Positions 34,709 to 42,230 of a stretch of DNA of 42,230 bases are shown here, in pieces. Both the position numbers and the translations under genes were made by a program. Positions within the stretch are counted from its first letter, which is position 1. Each line of letters opens with the position of its first letter. The stretch spans positions 1-42,230 of the forward strand of contig CAUJGH010000231.1 in assembly GCA_963169575.1 (NCBI GenBank). Reading direction: 5' to 3'. The notes under the pieces were generated by a model. That model was not told the DNA's origin. It did not search any database and saw only the letters and a program-made list of their open reading frames with translations. This DNA is from Myxococcota bacterium (GTDB lineage: Bacteria; Myxococcota_A; UBA9160; UBA4427).

Positions 34709-35509
34709 TCAATTCCCCGTGAACTCGGGCCGCCGCTTCTCGAGGAAGGCCGCGATGCCCTCCTGGCCGTCCTTCGTCCGGGCGCAGTCGGCGATGCCGC
34801 GGGTCTCGTGCTCCATCTGGCTCTCGAGTGAGTCGTAGGCGCTGTTCAGCAGCAGCTTCTTGACGACCCCGAATGCGTTCGTCGGCCCCGCCGCGAGCTG
34901 GCCCGCGAGCTTCTCCGCCGCCGGCATCAGCTCGTCGAGGGGCACGACTTGGTTGACGAGTCCCCATTCGAGGGCGAGCTCGGAATTGAGGACGCGGTTC
35001 GTCAGCATCAGCTCGAAGGTCCGCCGCTGCCCGATGATGCGCGGCAGGAAATAGGACGAGCTGCCGTCGGGCGATAGACCCGCGCCGGTGTAGGCCATCG
35101 TGAACTTCGCCGACTCCGACGCGATCGCGAGATCCGTCGCGCAGACCATCGAGAAGCCGGCCCCCGCCGCCGTCCCGTTGACCGCCGCAATCACCGGCGT
35201 CCGCATGCGCGCGAGCCGCGAGATCGCGAGATGCAGGTTGCCAGCGAGCTCCTTGATGTAGGCCGGCGCGCGAGCGCCCGCCGCCTTCATGCCCGCGAGA
35301 TCCCCGCCCGCGCAGAACATCTTCCCCTCGCCGGTCAGGATCAGCGCGCGGATGCCCGGATCCTCGTCGACCTCGATCGCCGCATGCAGCAGGTCGCGCG
35401 ACATCGTGAGATCGAGGGCGTTCGCGTGGCTCGCCCGCGCGAGGGTCAGCGTCGCGATCGCGCCGTTTCGCTCGAGGCGCAGGGTCGAGTAGGGAGCGGG
35501 CTTCGACAT
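34709..35509 (-). CDS. Enoyl-CoA hydratase/isomerase (crotonase) family protein
   Basis: Start MSKPAPYSTLRLERNGAIATLTLARASHANAL. Contains ILTGEGKMFCAGGDL, AAVNGTAAGAGF and C-terminal EGIAAFLEKRRPEFTGN. Confidence 0.9.
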   Translation of the reverse strand: MSKPAPYSTLRLERNGAIATLTLARASHANALDLTMSRDLLHAAIEVDEDPGIRALILTGEGKMFCAGGDLAGMKAAGARAPAYIKELAGNLHLAISRLARMRTPVIAAVNGTAAGAGFSMVCATDLAIASESAKFTMAYTGAGLSPDGSSSYFLPRIIGQRRTFELMLTNRVLNSELALEWGLVNQVVPLDELMPAAEKLAGQLAAGPTNAFGVVKKLLLNSAYDSLESQMEHETRGIADCARTKDGQEGIAAFLEKRRPEFTGN

Positions 35510-35804
35510 CGGGGGTCCTTTCTTCGGGGCAGCCGGTCGGGGCAGTCGGTCTCTTGGACGGTCGGGGCGAACGGTCGGGCGATGGGACGGAGCGGATCTC
35601 GCTTCCGCCCGATCGGCCGGGGTCGGGCCCGGGGCCGGTCGGGCGGAACTCGGACGATGCCGCGTTCCGGGGGCGATGACACGCCTCGGCTCGCACCGCG
35701 CGCCCATCCGACCGGAATTCTTCGGGAATTCAGCGCCGGGGGCGCGTCCGGCCCGCGCACGGGGGGCGGCGGGGGCGGCTCGTTTCGGTACTCTCCCGCG
35801 CTCC

Positions 35805-35892
35805 GGAGAGGTGGCCGAGAGGCCGAAGGCGCGCCCCTGCTAAGGGCGTATAGGGAAACCTATCGAGGGTTCGAATCCCTCCCTCTCCGCCA
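35805..35892 (+). tRNA. tRNA-Ser (anticodon GCU), long variable arm, CCA encoded
   Basis: Folded by hand. Acceptor GGAGAGG/CCTCTCC. Anticodon arm CGCCC-CTGCTAA-GGGCG. Variable arm TAGG-GAAA-CCTA. T arm GAGGG-TTCGAAT-CCCTC. Then G-CCA. Confidence 0.9.
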
Positions 35893-36924
35893 TCTAGGCT
35901 GCGGCTCCGGAGACTTTGCGCTCGGGGTGCGATCCATCCAGAAAATACGCGCGATTCCGCGGGGTTTTGGGCGAGGAACTCAGCGTATCCCAAGCGGAGA
36001 CGCGTTCGGGGCGCGCTCCGAGGCGCCGCGAAGCGGGTCGTTCTCCAATGAAGGGCCGGGCACTTCGGATTGGCGAGTTAGATGCCTATTCGAGGGGGTG
36101 CTCGCGCCTTGGTCTCGCTACCCCGGGCGCGAACGTCCCGCGAATCGGTAGACGTTGCCAGCCCTCCTTGTGGACTGGGGATGTCATCGAGCCAAGCGAG
36201 CTTCTCCAGTGTCCACGCTGACCGGGGGGGGCATTGCGGCAGGCGAACTCCGTTCAAGCAACCGTGCGACCTGATCATCGCGAGCGCCGCGATATCCGCT
36301 ATTACGGGACCGGCAGGGAGATTTTAGGACTGAAACTGAACTTGCGGAGACCCCAGGAGGAGTTGAGCGTCTGGGTGCGACGCGCGTGGTAGAACGTCGA
36401 TCAGATCCTGATGGGCTACGGTACTTTTTACTAATTAGTTGTACGGCCCGCCGACCTCCGCGTGTTAATCGGACAGAAGGCGCAACGCTGTTGGCGCCTC
36501 GACTCGATCGAGCTCCGAAGGCGAAGACGCAAACCAGCCGGCCGAATTTCGATCCGGTTCGATCGGCCTGCGAGATTGGCATTGCTGCGACGACGGCCGA
36601 ATCTCCTCGCAGCTGACGCGTCGGCCGAAGAGACGGCTCTTTCTCCAGCCGCGTCAGGACGTCCCCGCCAACAGCTGCGGGAGGTCTTGGCGCTCAGAGA
36701 CCCGATTCTCCGATCGGATGAGCTTGACCGAACGCCTCGCATCTCCGGATTTGCGTCGCCGTGCTGATGCGGGCCGTACAAATCAATGCAGACGGACGAT
36801 TCGCGGTCGAGGCCGTCGCATGCTGCGCCGACCTCGACGCTGCGGGCTTCGCGCTCAGCTTAGGCCGGCTCGTTCGGCTTTGCAGCGATCGCTGTACTCT
36901 TGCTAAACCTAGCGCGAAGCGCCG

Positions 36925-38418
36925 ATGATCGGCGATTCGTTATGCAACACCTGCGTGAGAAATTGCATGAGCGATCCCACAAAGAAGCTAAAGGCAAAGT
37001 TCGCGCCCAACCATAGATACGCGAATTTTGGTCCCGCTATCAGTTCGATACGGATATGCGGGTTCCGCGGGATCGCTGACATGCGTATCGAGTTTGAGTT
37101 CCCCGTAACGGCATTCTCCGGGCTGAATGGCGCCGGGAAAAGCACCGTTGGACAGCTCGCAATATGCGCCTATCGAAAACCTTCTACCGGCGCCCACTAC
37201 AGACGTTACTACGTCAAGGATTTCTTTCCCGTTTCAGTAGCGGATCCAAGCCCGTTTGAGCCCAACGCTCGGGTGGAATATTCCTACGAGACTAATCAAC
37301 CTAATGCGCAGCAAACCGTAACAGTTGCGCGTGCCCTGAAGGAGTGGTCCGGCTATAAGCGACAGCCTGAGGGTTACGCATTCTACGTGGGATTCACGCT
37401 CTATATCCCCAAAGTCGAGCGCAGAGACCTGAGCATTTATCGCGGATCCTCGATTGACCTTCGGGCTACTCGGGCGATTCCAACGGAGGTACGCGCCAAA
37501 GTTGGATCGATTCTGAACCAACCTTATGATGATTTAGTATTCCAGGGGATCGGACATAAGAATCGCGAAGTTGAACTCGGCCTTGCCACCCGATACGGGT
37601 CCAAGTATTCAGAAAACAACATGGGGTTCGGTGAGGGCCGCGTCCTCTATATGGTGGACCTGATGGAGACGGTCCCCGAGCAAAGCTTATTTGTATTGGA
37701 AGAGCCTGAGACCTCGCTCCATGAGGACGCCCAGTTTCAACTAACTCGATATCTTCTCGACGTGTGCGACAGACGGCACCATCAGATGATTCTTTCGACC
37801 CATTCGAGCGTGATTCTGGAGGCGCTTCCGCCCGAGGCGCGAAAATTGCTATTGAGAGACTCATCCGGTGTGATCGAGTTTCCGCGAATCTCGGCCACGC
37901 GAGCACGATCGATCCTTTCGAAGGGCCAAAAGCGAGGACTAACCGTTTGCGTCGAAGATGCGTTCGCGAAACTGGTTCTGACGGAAATCCTCCGGAGAGC
38001 AGATCCCGCGCTTCTAAAGGCCGTCGCAATTGAGCCAATTGGAGATAAGGCCGCAGTGCTGAACGGCATCCGACTACTCGACCACCTCTCAATAAATGCC
38101 ATAGGTGTTCGTGACGGCGATTCCGGTGCGGATGCAGCGAAGAAGATTTTCAAGTTGCCTGGCACCAAGTCCCCTGAACTCGAAGTATTTGAAACGGAGA
38201 AAGTGCAGAAGCATCTCGTCGAGACATATGGCGTAAGCGTCGAAGACTTCTTATCAATTCATCCCGATTTTGACCCGCACACTCTCCCAGCAGCGCTAGC
38301 AAAAGAGATTAATCTCCTACAGGACGCGCTAAGTACGGATGCTGTCCGAGTGTATGTAGGTAATTTGGATCCGTCCGAGTACTCTGATTTAGTTGCCGCC
38401 ATAAAAGGCGCTGCATAA
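36925..38418 (+). CDS. OLD-family-like ABC-type ATPase fused to a TOPRIM/DUF4435-like nuclease domain
   Basis: Walker A GLNGAGKST (37120-37146). Signature-like SENNMGFGEGRV. Walker B LFVLEEPETSLH (from 37687). H-loop LSTHS. C-terminal VCVEDAF (E344, 37954-37956) and GVRDGDSG (D397/D399, 38113-38121) fit a TOPRIM E...DxD. An alternative start lies at ATG 36967 (MSDPTKK). Confidence 0.75.
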   Translation: MIGDSLCNTCVRNCMSDPTKKLKAKFAPNHRYANFGPAISSIRICGFRGIADMRIEFEFPVTAFSGLNGAGKSTVGQLAICAYRKPSTGAHYRRYYVKDFFPVSVADPSPFEPNARVEYSYETNQPNAQQTVTVARALKEWSGYKRQPEGYAFYVGFTLYIPKVERRDLSIYRGSSIDLRATRAIPTEVRAKVGSILNQPYDDLVFQGIGHKNREVELGLATRYGSKYSENNMGFGEGRVLYMVDLMETVPEQSLFVLEEPETSLHEDAQFQLTRYLLDVCDRRHHQMILSTHSSVILEALPPEARKLLLRDSSGVIEFPRISATRARSILSKGQKRGLTVCVEDAFAKLVLTEILRRADPALLKAVAIEPIGDKAAVLNGIRLLDHLSINAIGVRDGDSGADAAKKIFKLPGTKSPELEVFETEKVQKHLVETYGVSVEDFLSIHPDFDPHTLPAALAKEINLLQDALSTDAVRVYVGNLDPSEYSDLVAAIKGAA

Positions 38419-38648
38419 CCAGCGCCTACTCTCTGCGGGCTACTTCGTTTCAGGGGAGAGTTTGCAATAAGAGCAAATGAACCAGGCGAGTCCAAAGCTG
38501 AGGACGTCTCAGCTACGCCGTCTAGGCCGGTCTTTGACCGGAAGGCGGCTTGTACGGCTTCGTTCCGGCCGGTGTATTCTCGACAAAACTTTTGTCGTCG
38601 ACTCGCAGCTCATCTGCGGTCCGTTAGCCGGAGTGGATCGAGGACTTC

Positions 38649-39251
38649 GTGGGCGTGCTACTAGGCTTTGATCCAGGTGGTGCAGGCACCTTCGGCTGGT
38701 GCGTTGCGCGCGACTCCGTGTGGTTGCCTCTTGAGGTTCTCGCCTCCGGAGTGACGAGCCATGCGAAATCGGCGGTCGCGGCAGCTATCTCGGTTGTGCC
38801 GTCCGGCCAGGAAGTGCTTGCGGCAGGTATCGACGCCCCGTTGGTTTGGGCGAGGAGTGGACCCCGCAATTGCGACCTCACTGTTCGGCAGGCGATTCGC
38901 CAAGCAGGTGCGAAGCATTCTGCTGGAACCGTTCAGGACGTAAACTCGCTCCGCGGTGCCTGTCTGGTGCAGGGCATTCTCGCAGGCCTCGAGCTTCGTG
39001 AGGCATTCCCTTCGCTTCCCCTTACGGAGGCTCATCCGAAGGCGCTTCGTTGGCTGTGTTCGGAGTCCGCGAAGATCGTTGCCTCAACCGACCACGAACG
39101 AGACGCAATCCTAGGCGCGTTTGCTGCCTGGGCCCTCGTTCATAGTCCTTCCGGCTGGTGTGATCTCTACTTGAATGAAGTTCCCTACTTTACGCCTCTG
39201 CCGCGGCCGCTGGCATACCTCATGCCGCTGACCGGTCGGGGACATGGTTAA
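38649..39251 (+). CDS. RNase-H-fold protein (RuvC/DUF429-like predicted nuclease)
   Basis: GTG start 5 nt after GAGGA; an in-frame TAG upstream forbids a longer N-terminus. Motifs: LLGFDPGGAGTFGW (D8), AAGIDAPLVW..GPRNCDLTVRQAIRQAG (D62), LTEAHPKAL (E127), HERDAILGAFAAW (D152). Order and spacing match the DUF429/RuvC pattern as I recall it. Confidence 0.65.
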   Translation: MGVLLGFDPGGAGTFGWCVARDSVWLPLEVLASGVTSHAKSAVAAAISVVPSGQEVLAAGIDAPLVWARSGPRNCDLTVRQAIRQAGAKHSAGTVQDVNSLRGACLVQGILAGLELREAFPSLPLTEAHPKALRWLCSESAKIVASTDHERDAILGAFAAWALVHSPSGWCDLYLNEVPYFTPLPRPLAYLMPLTGRGHG

Positions 39252-39278
39252 CAGAAATTCGGGGACATGGCTGAGAAA

Positions 39279-39294
39279 TTGCCGTGCCCGGCAA
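39279..39294. terminator. Short hairpin between convergent genes
   Basis: TTGCCG-TGCC-CGGCAA, 28 nt after the stop of 38649-39251. It is weak, with only a 6-bp stem. Confidence 0.25.
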
Positions 39295-39311
39295 ACGATC
39301 ATTGACGCAGA

Positions 39312-40958
39312 TCAATCGTAACCCAAGACTTCCATCTGCTCGGACCACGCGAGCGGCAAGTCGATCCGCGTCAACAGCGCTGCGGTGGTGAGCTCAATCG
39401 GCTGAGTACCCGCGAAGACTCTCGAGACGATCTCGGGCGCTAGAAACGCGAGCGGGATCAGCGTCCCGATGTACGGTGCACTGACTCCTTCCGCCTCTGC
39501 AATTGCCTCTAGGGATTGACCGCTCGCGAGGGCTTCAAACCATCTCCGCGCCCGAATCAGCGCCTTGATGAGCGCCGGGTCCACACGGGCATCGGGCGAT
39601 CCCGCCTCCCCGTCGTCGAGAACGAGTCGCGTCTCGACCCCACGTCGCCGGATCCGTGCCGGGAGGGTGTGTCGTATGATGATTGCTTCTTCGTCGAGGA
39701 AGCTCGACAGGTCGACGTTCATCGTGAGGCTCTCTGCGCCGAGATCCACCCGCGCCACCAATCCAAGAGGCCTCCCAGTCCAGTCGCGAACCCGGTCGAG
39801 CAAAACTGAGATCCGCGCCTCGTGGACCCCCGACTCCCGGGCTAGTCGAGCCAGCTCGGCCGGATTCGCGAAGAGGGCGACGACCCGCTTGGCCACGAAC
39901 TGCTCGATCTCCCGAGCAGGCAGTCGCCAACGGGAGGATCGATTGTTCGATGCGCACGGGGAGCCTCCGGTGATCGATTCTCGAGAGACGTAGTACCGAT
40001 AGCGGCGACCGCTCTTGACCGCGTGGCTCGGGGTCAGGCCGATGCCCGCTTCATCGAAGAGAATTCCGCGGAGCGGGTTGCTGTGGGCATGGTTCCGAGC
40101 GGGGCGGCTCGGCGTTTGCTCGGCGAGCTGCTTCTGGACCGCTTCCCAGGTCTCCAGGTCGACGATGGCGGCATGCTGACCTTCGAAGGATTGGCCTTTG
40201 TGAGCGATCCGGCCGGCGTAGATCGGGTTGTTGAGGAGCTTATAGAGGTGGCCTCGGCTGAACGGGATGCCTCCTCCCTTCCACCGACTGTCTCCGGGCC
40301 GCACCTTGCTTCGAAGGCCCATTCGATCGGCCTCTTCCTTGACCCGCCGGACAGAGCCCAGCTCAAGGTAGAGGCGGAAGAGGGCTTGGACCGTCTTGGC
40401 CTCGGACTCGACGATCGTGAGGGTTCGCCCGTTGGGCTCGTAACCGAGCGGGACGTTCCCGCCCATCCAAAGGCCCTTCCGCTTCGAGGCGGCAATCTTG
40501 TCCCGAATCCGCTCGCCCGTGACCTCTCGCTCGAACTGGGCGAAGGAGAGAAGCATGTTCAAGGTGAGCCGCCCCATCGAGGTCGTCGTATTGAACTGCT
40601 GGGTCACGGACACGAAGGAGACTTCGTGCTCGTCGAGAATCTCGACGATCTTGGCGAAGTCTGCGAGCGACCGAGTGAGCCGGTCGACCTTGTAGACGAC
40701 GACCGTATCGATCTTCCCGGCCTCGATGTCGGTCAGGAGTTGACGGAGGGCAGGGCGATCGAGGGTCCCCCCCGAATATCCGCCGTCGTCGTATCGCGAT
40801 CGGATGGGCTGCCATCCCTCGCCCACCTGGCTCCGGATATAGGCTTCGCAGGCCTCCCGCTGCGCATCGAGTGAGTTGAAATCCTGTTCGAGCCCCTCCT
40901 CGGAAGACTTGCGGGTGTAGGTCGCGCAGCGGCGGCGCTGGGGGTGGACCGTGCTCAT
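39312..40958 (-). CDS. Large serine recombinase (resolvase/invertase N-domain + recombinase domain + C-terminal extension)
   Basis: Start MSTVHPQRRRCATYTRKSSEEGLEQDFNSLDAQREACEAYI. Contains YDDGGYSGGTLDRPALRQLL, VVVYKVDRLTRSL, GERIRDKIAASKRKGLWMGGNVPLGY and PIYAGRI. ATGA overlap with the upstream gene. Confidence 0.9.
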   Translation of the reverse strand: MSTVHPQRRRCATYTRKSSEEGLEQDFNSLDAQREACEAYIRSQVGEGWQPIRSRYDDGGYSGGTLDRPALRQLLTDIEAGKIDTVVVYKVDRLTRSLADFAKIVEILDEHEVSFVSVTQQFNTTTSMGRLTLNMLLSFAQFEREVTGERIRDKIAASKRKGLWMGGNVPLGYEPNGRTLTIVESEAKTVQALFRLYLELGSVRRVKEEADRMGLRSKVRPGDSRWKGGGIPFSRGHLYKLLNNPIYAGRIAHKGQSFEGQHAAIVDLETWEAVQKQLAEQTPSRPARNHAHSNPLRGILFDEAGIGLTPSHAVKSGRRYRYYVSRESITGGSPCASNNRSSRWRLPAREIEQFVAKRVVALFANPAELARLARESGVHEARISVLLDRVRDWTGRPLGLVARVDLGAESLTMNVDLSSFLDEEAIIIRHTLPARIRRRGVETRLVLDDGEAGSPDARVDPALIKALIRARRWFEALASGQSLEAIAEAEGVSAPYIGTLIPLAFLAPEIVSRVFAGTQPIELTTAALLTRIDLPLAWSEQMEVLGYD

Positions 40959-41437
40959 GCGGACGCACCCTTGACCAGTCCGAAGAAGCGTGGTCCCGAC
41001 CAACGGGTCCCGGTGATCTCGCGTGCCACGGCCGAGAGGGAAGGCCAGGTCTGGTCCCGATACCGGACACCCCGCTCGAGGACGATCACCTCGTGGACTT
41101 TGCCGTTCCACTCGCGCAGGAGACGGGTGCCCGGCTTGATCTTGGGGACGGGCGAGGCGACGGGTCGGCCGGCGGCGAGATCTCGTTCGGCGCGGGCGAG
41201 TCGGCGGAAGGTCAGGGCATCTAGACCGCCAAAGGCTTGCTCCTGCATCCGGTAAGCGAGGGCTCGGGTCAGGATGCGGCGGCTGATCTGGGTGGGGCAG
41301 GGCGTCTCGTAGAGCTCGACCCAGCGCTTCTGCAGCTCGGTGCGAGGGAGTTTGGGGAGGGATTTCAGGTCCGATTCGAGCCGATCCTCTGCGCGCCTGC
41401 GGGATTTGGTCATTCGGGTCCTCGGCGATCGCTGCAT
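40955..41437 (-). CDS. DUF2924-like protein, a typical partner of large serine recombinases
   Basis: ..LPKLPRTELQKRWVELYETPCPTQISRRILTRALAYRMQEQAFGGL...PGTRLLREWNGKVHEVIVLERGVRYRDQTWPSLSAVAREITGTRWSGPRFFGL. The start could be the internal MTKS (41413). Confidence 0.75.
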   Translation of the reverse strand: MQRSPRTRMTKSRRRAEDRLESDLKSLPKLPRTELQKRWVELYETPCPTQISRRILTRALAYRMQEQAFGGLDALTFRRLARAERDLAAGRPVASPVPKIKPGTRLLREWNGKVHEVIVLERGVRYRDQTWPSLSAVAREITGTRWSGPRFFGLVKGASA

Positions 41438-41696
41438 CGATGCACGATCGACTCGGCTTCCGAGGCCCCGATCAAGCTGATCACGCGCGACCTTCGCCGC
41501 GACCGGGCGCCCACTAGGCCTCGAGCTGTCTCCGCATACACGCTCATGACGAGCAGGGAGTCAACGGATCTCCGCCGCCCAAAAGGCCTTTCTCTGCGCC
41601 ATTCGCCTCGGATTCGCGCCTGAGATGAGAAGATCGCCATCTCTGCTGCCGAATCAGCAGCCCGCGTACACCACTCTATTGTGATAGTTTGAGCTG

Positions 41697-42050
41697 TTGG
41701 TTGGGGAACACTCCCGCATACTTCGCGCCGATGATAATGGGAACCCAGTGTGCATGGATTCAGACACGCCCTCCGGATCGACGATAGGGATCCGCGCTGA
41801 GATCGCTCCGCGCATCACATTTGCAACGCATCAATGCGACGTTCCGGTCCTCATCGATCTCGCGATCGTGAACCCGTCCGACGACGAGATCGAAAACGTC
41901 ACGCTGCACTTGTCGTGCGAGCCTCGGGTTCTCTCGGAGCGAATGTGGACCATTGATCGAATCGCCCCGAATGGAGAAATTCGACCGCGAGATCGTCGGG
42001 TCACGATCATTGGCGGATTTCTGAGATGTAGTAGTCGCGATCTGATCTGA
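41697..42050 (+). pseudogene. N-terminal ~100 aa of a large DUF4011/Dna2-Upf1-type helicase-like protein, truncated by IS insertion
   Basis: ITFATHQCDVPVLIDLAIVNPSDDEIENVTLHLSCEPRVLSERMWTIDRIAPNGEIRPRDRRVTIIGGFL resembles the N-terminal module of ~1,500-2,000-aa helicases. The frame ends in the TGA that starts the IS inverted repeat. Confidence 0.4.
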
Positions 42051-42230
42051 CAGTTACCCCGGTTGGGCACCGTCTGTCGGATCGAGTCTAAGCGGCGACT
42101 TCGCCGATCGACTTCTCCGCCCAGATCTTCATGCCATCCTCGAACGTCGCCATCTCCGTCCTTCCGCAGCACATCTTGCCCTGGTGCGTCCGCTCCTCGT
42201 TATAGCGAACGATCCAGGCATCGAGATCCT
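42049..42230 (-). mobile_element. End of an IS element (rve/DDE transposase, IS481/IS3-like), which continues beyond the window
   Basis: Terminal sequence TGACAGTTACCCCGGTTGGGCACC, 39 nt from the transposase stop. Confidence 0.6.
42088..42230 (-). CDS. DDE (rve) transposase, C-terminal 47 aa (partial)
   Basis: Hand translation gives DLDAWIVRYNEERTHQGKMCCGRTEMATFEDGMKIWAEKSIGEVAA*. The YNEERTHQG block is the post-catalytic-E region of rve integrase-core transposases. Confidence 0.7.
   Translation of the reverse strand, partial: DLDAWIVRYNEERTHQGKMCCGRTEMATFEDGMKIWAEKSIGEVAA

Larger units (their letters stand above)
35893..41640. mobile_element. Putative small integrative islet: ORF-poor leader, 2-gene low-GC cargo, large serine recombinase + DUF2924
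   Basis: Starts right after tRNA-Ser. Sampled 60-nt lines give ~48% GC at 37201, ~60% at 38881 and ~62% at 40201, against ~75% at 33001. The recombinase pair sits at the right end. Exact ends are not determinable from this window. Confidence 0.45.

Noticed and set aside
35805-35892. tRNA-Ser as the attachment site of the islet, with a duplicated 3' end
   Set aside because: I found no second copy of the tRNA-Ser 3' segment (..GGTTCGAATCCCTCCCTCTCCGCCA) anywhere to the right in the window. Adjacency alone cannot show that the tRNA is the target.
36925-38418. Calling the ATPase gene Gabija GajA or PARIS AriA/AriB
   Set aside because: There is no UvrD-like helicase (GajB) or separate DUF4435 gene next to it. 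The neighbour is an RNase-H-fold protein. A family-level (OLD-like) call is all the motifs support.
38477-38671. 64-aa ORF in the spacer between the ATPase and RNase-H-like genes
   Set aside because: It is Arg/Leu-rich low-complexity sequence that overlaps the start of the downstream gene. It has no RBS and no motif. It cannot be excluded entirely as a small third component.

Overview
High-GC (sampled 60-nt lines ~70-75% GC) chromosomal segment from a Gram-negative bacterium, judged from the FadL-type and OprO/P-type outer-membrane proteins and the PEP-CTERM sorting signals. I cannot assign a species. All calls rest on motif recognition and hand translation; no searches were run.

Layout, left to right:
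- 1-18.1 kb: housekeeping and catabolic genes. These include an octaheme cytochrome c fused to TPR repeats, a secreted HAD hydrolase, an arylsulfatase with a divergent LysR regulator, two outer-membrane channels, a Rieske oxygenase, a GST, a TauD-family dioxygenase and an amidohydrolase.
- 18.2-21.3 kb: a nitric-oxide stress cluster. It holds an nsrR-like Rrf2 repressor, an ABM/zinc-ribbon protein, an rnk-like gene, a hemerythrin gene and nnrS. Two related 10-3-10 palindromic operators sit in its promoters.
- 21.3-32.2 kb: a rearranged accessory segment bracketed by a direct repeat that contains the 3' 45 nt of tRNA-Gln(CUG). It carries pnuC-nadR, hydrolase and oxygenase genes, three PEP-CTERM genes or remnants, IS91 and IS3 remnants, and four same-strand copies of an ~82-bp repeat ('R') that sit at gene truncation points.
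- 32.6-35.5 kb: two crotonases and a saccharopine-dehydrogenase-like reductase.
- 35.9-41.6 kb: after tRNA-Ser(GCU), a visibly AT-richer islet (~48-60% GC in sampled lines). It ends in a DUF2924 gene translationally coupled to a large serine recombinase.
- 41.7-42.2 kb: a helicase N-terminal fragment cut by an IS element at the window edge.

The islet cargo is the most interesting object in the window. It is a two-gene module of an OLD-like ABC-ATPase/TOPRIM fusion plus an RNase-H-fold (RuvC/DUF429-like) protein. This pairing does not match any named anti-phage system I know.
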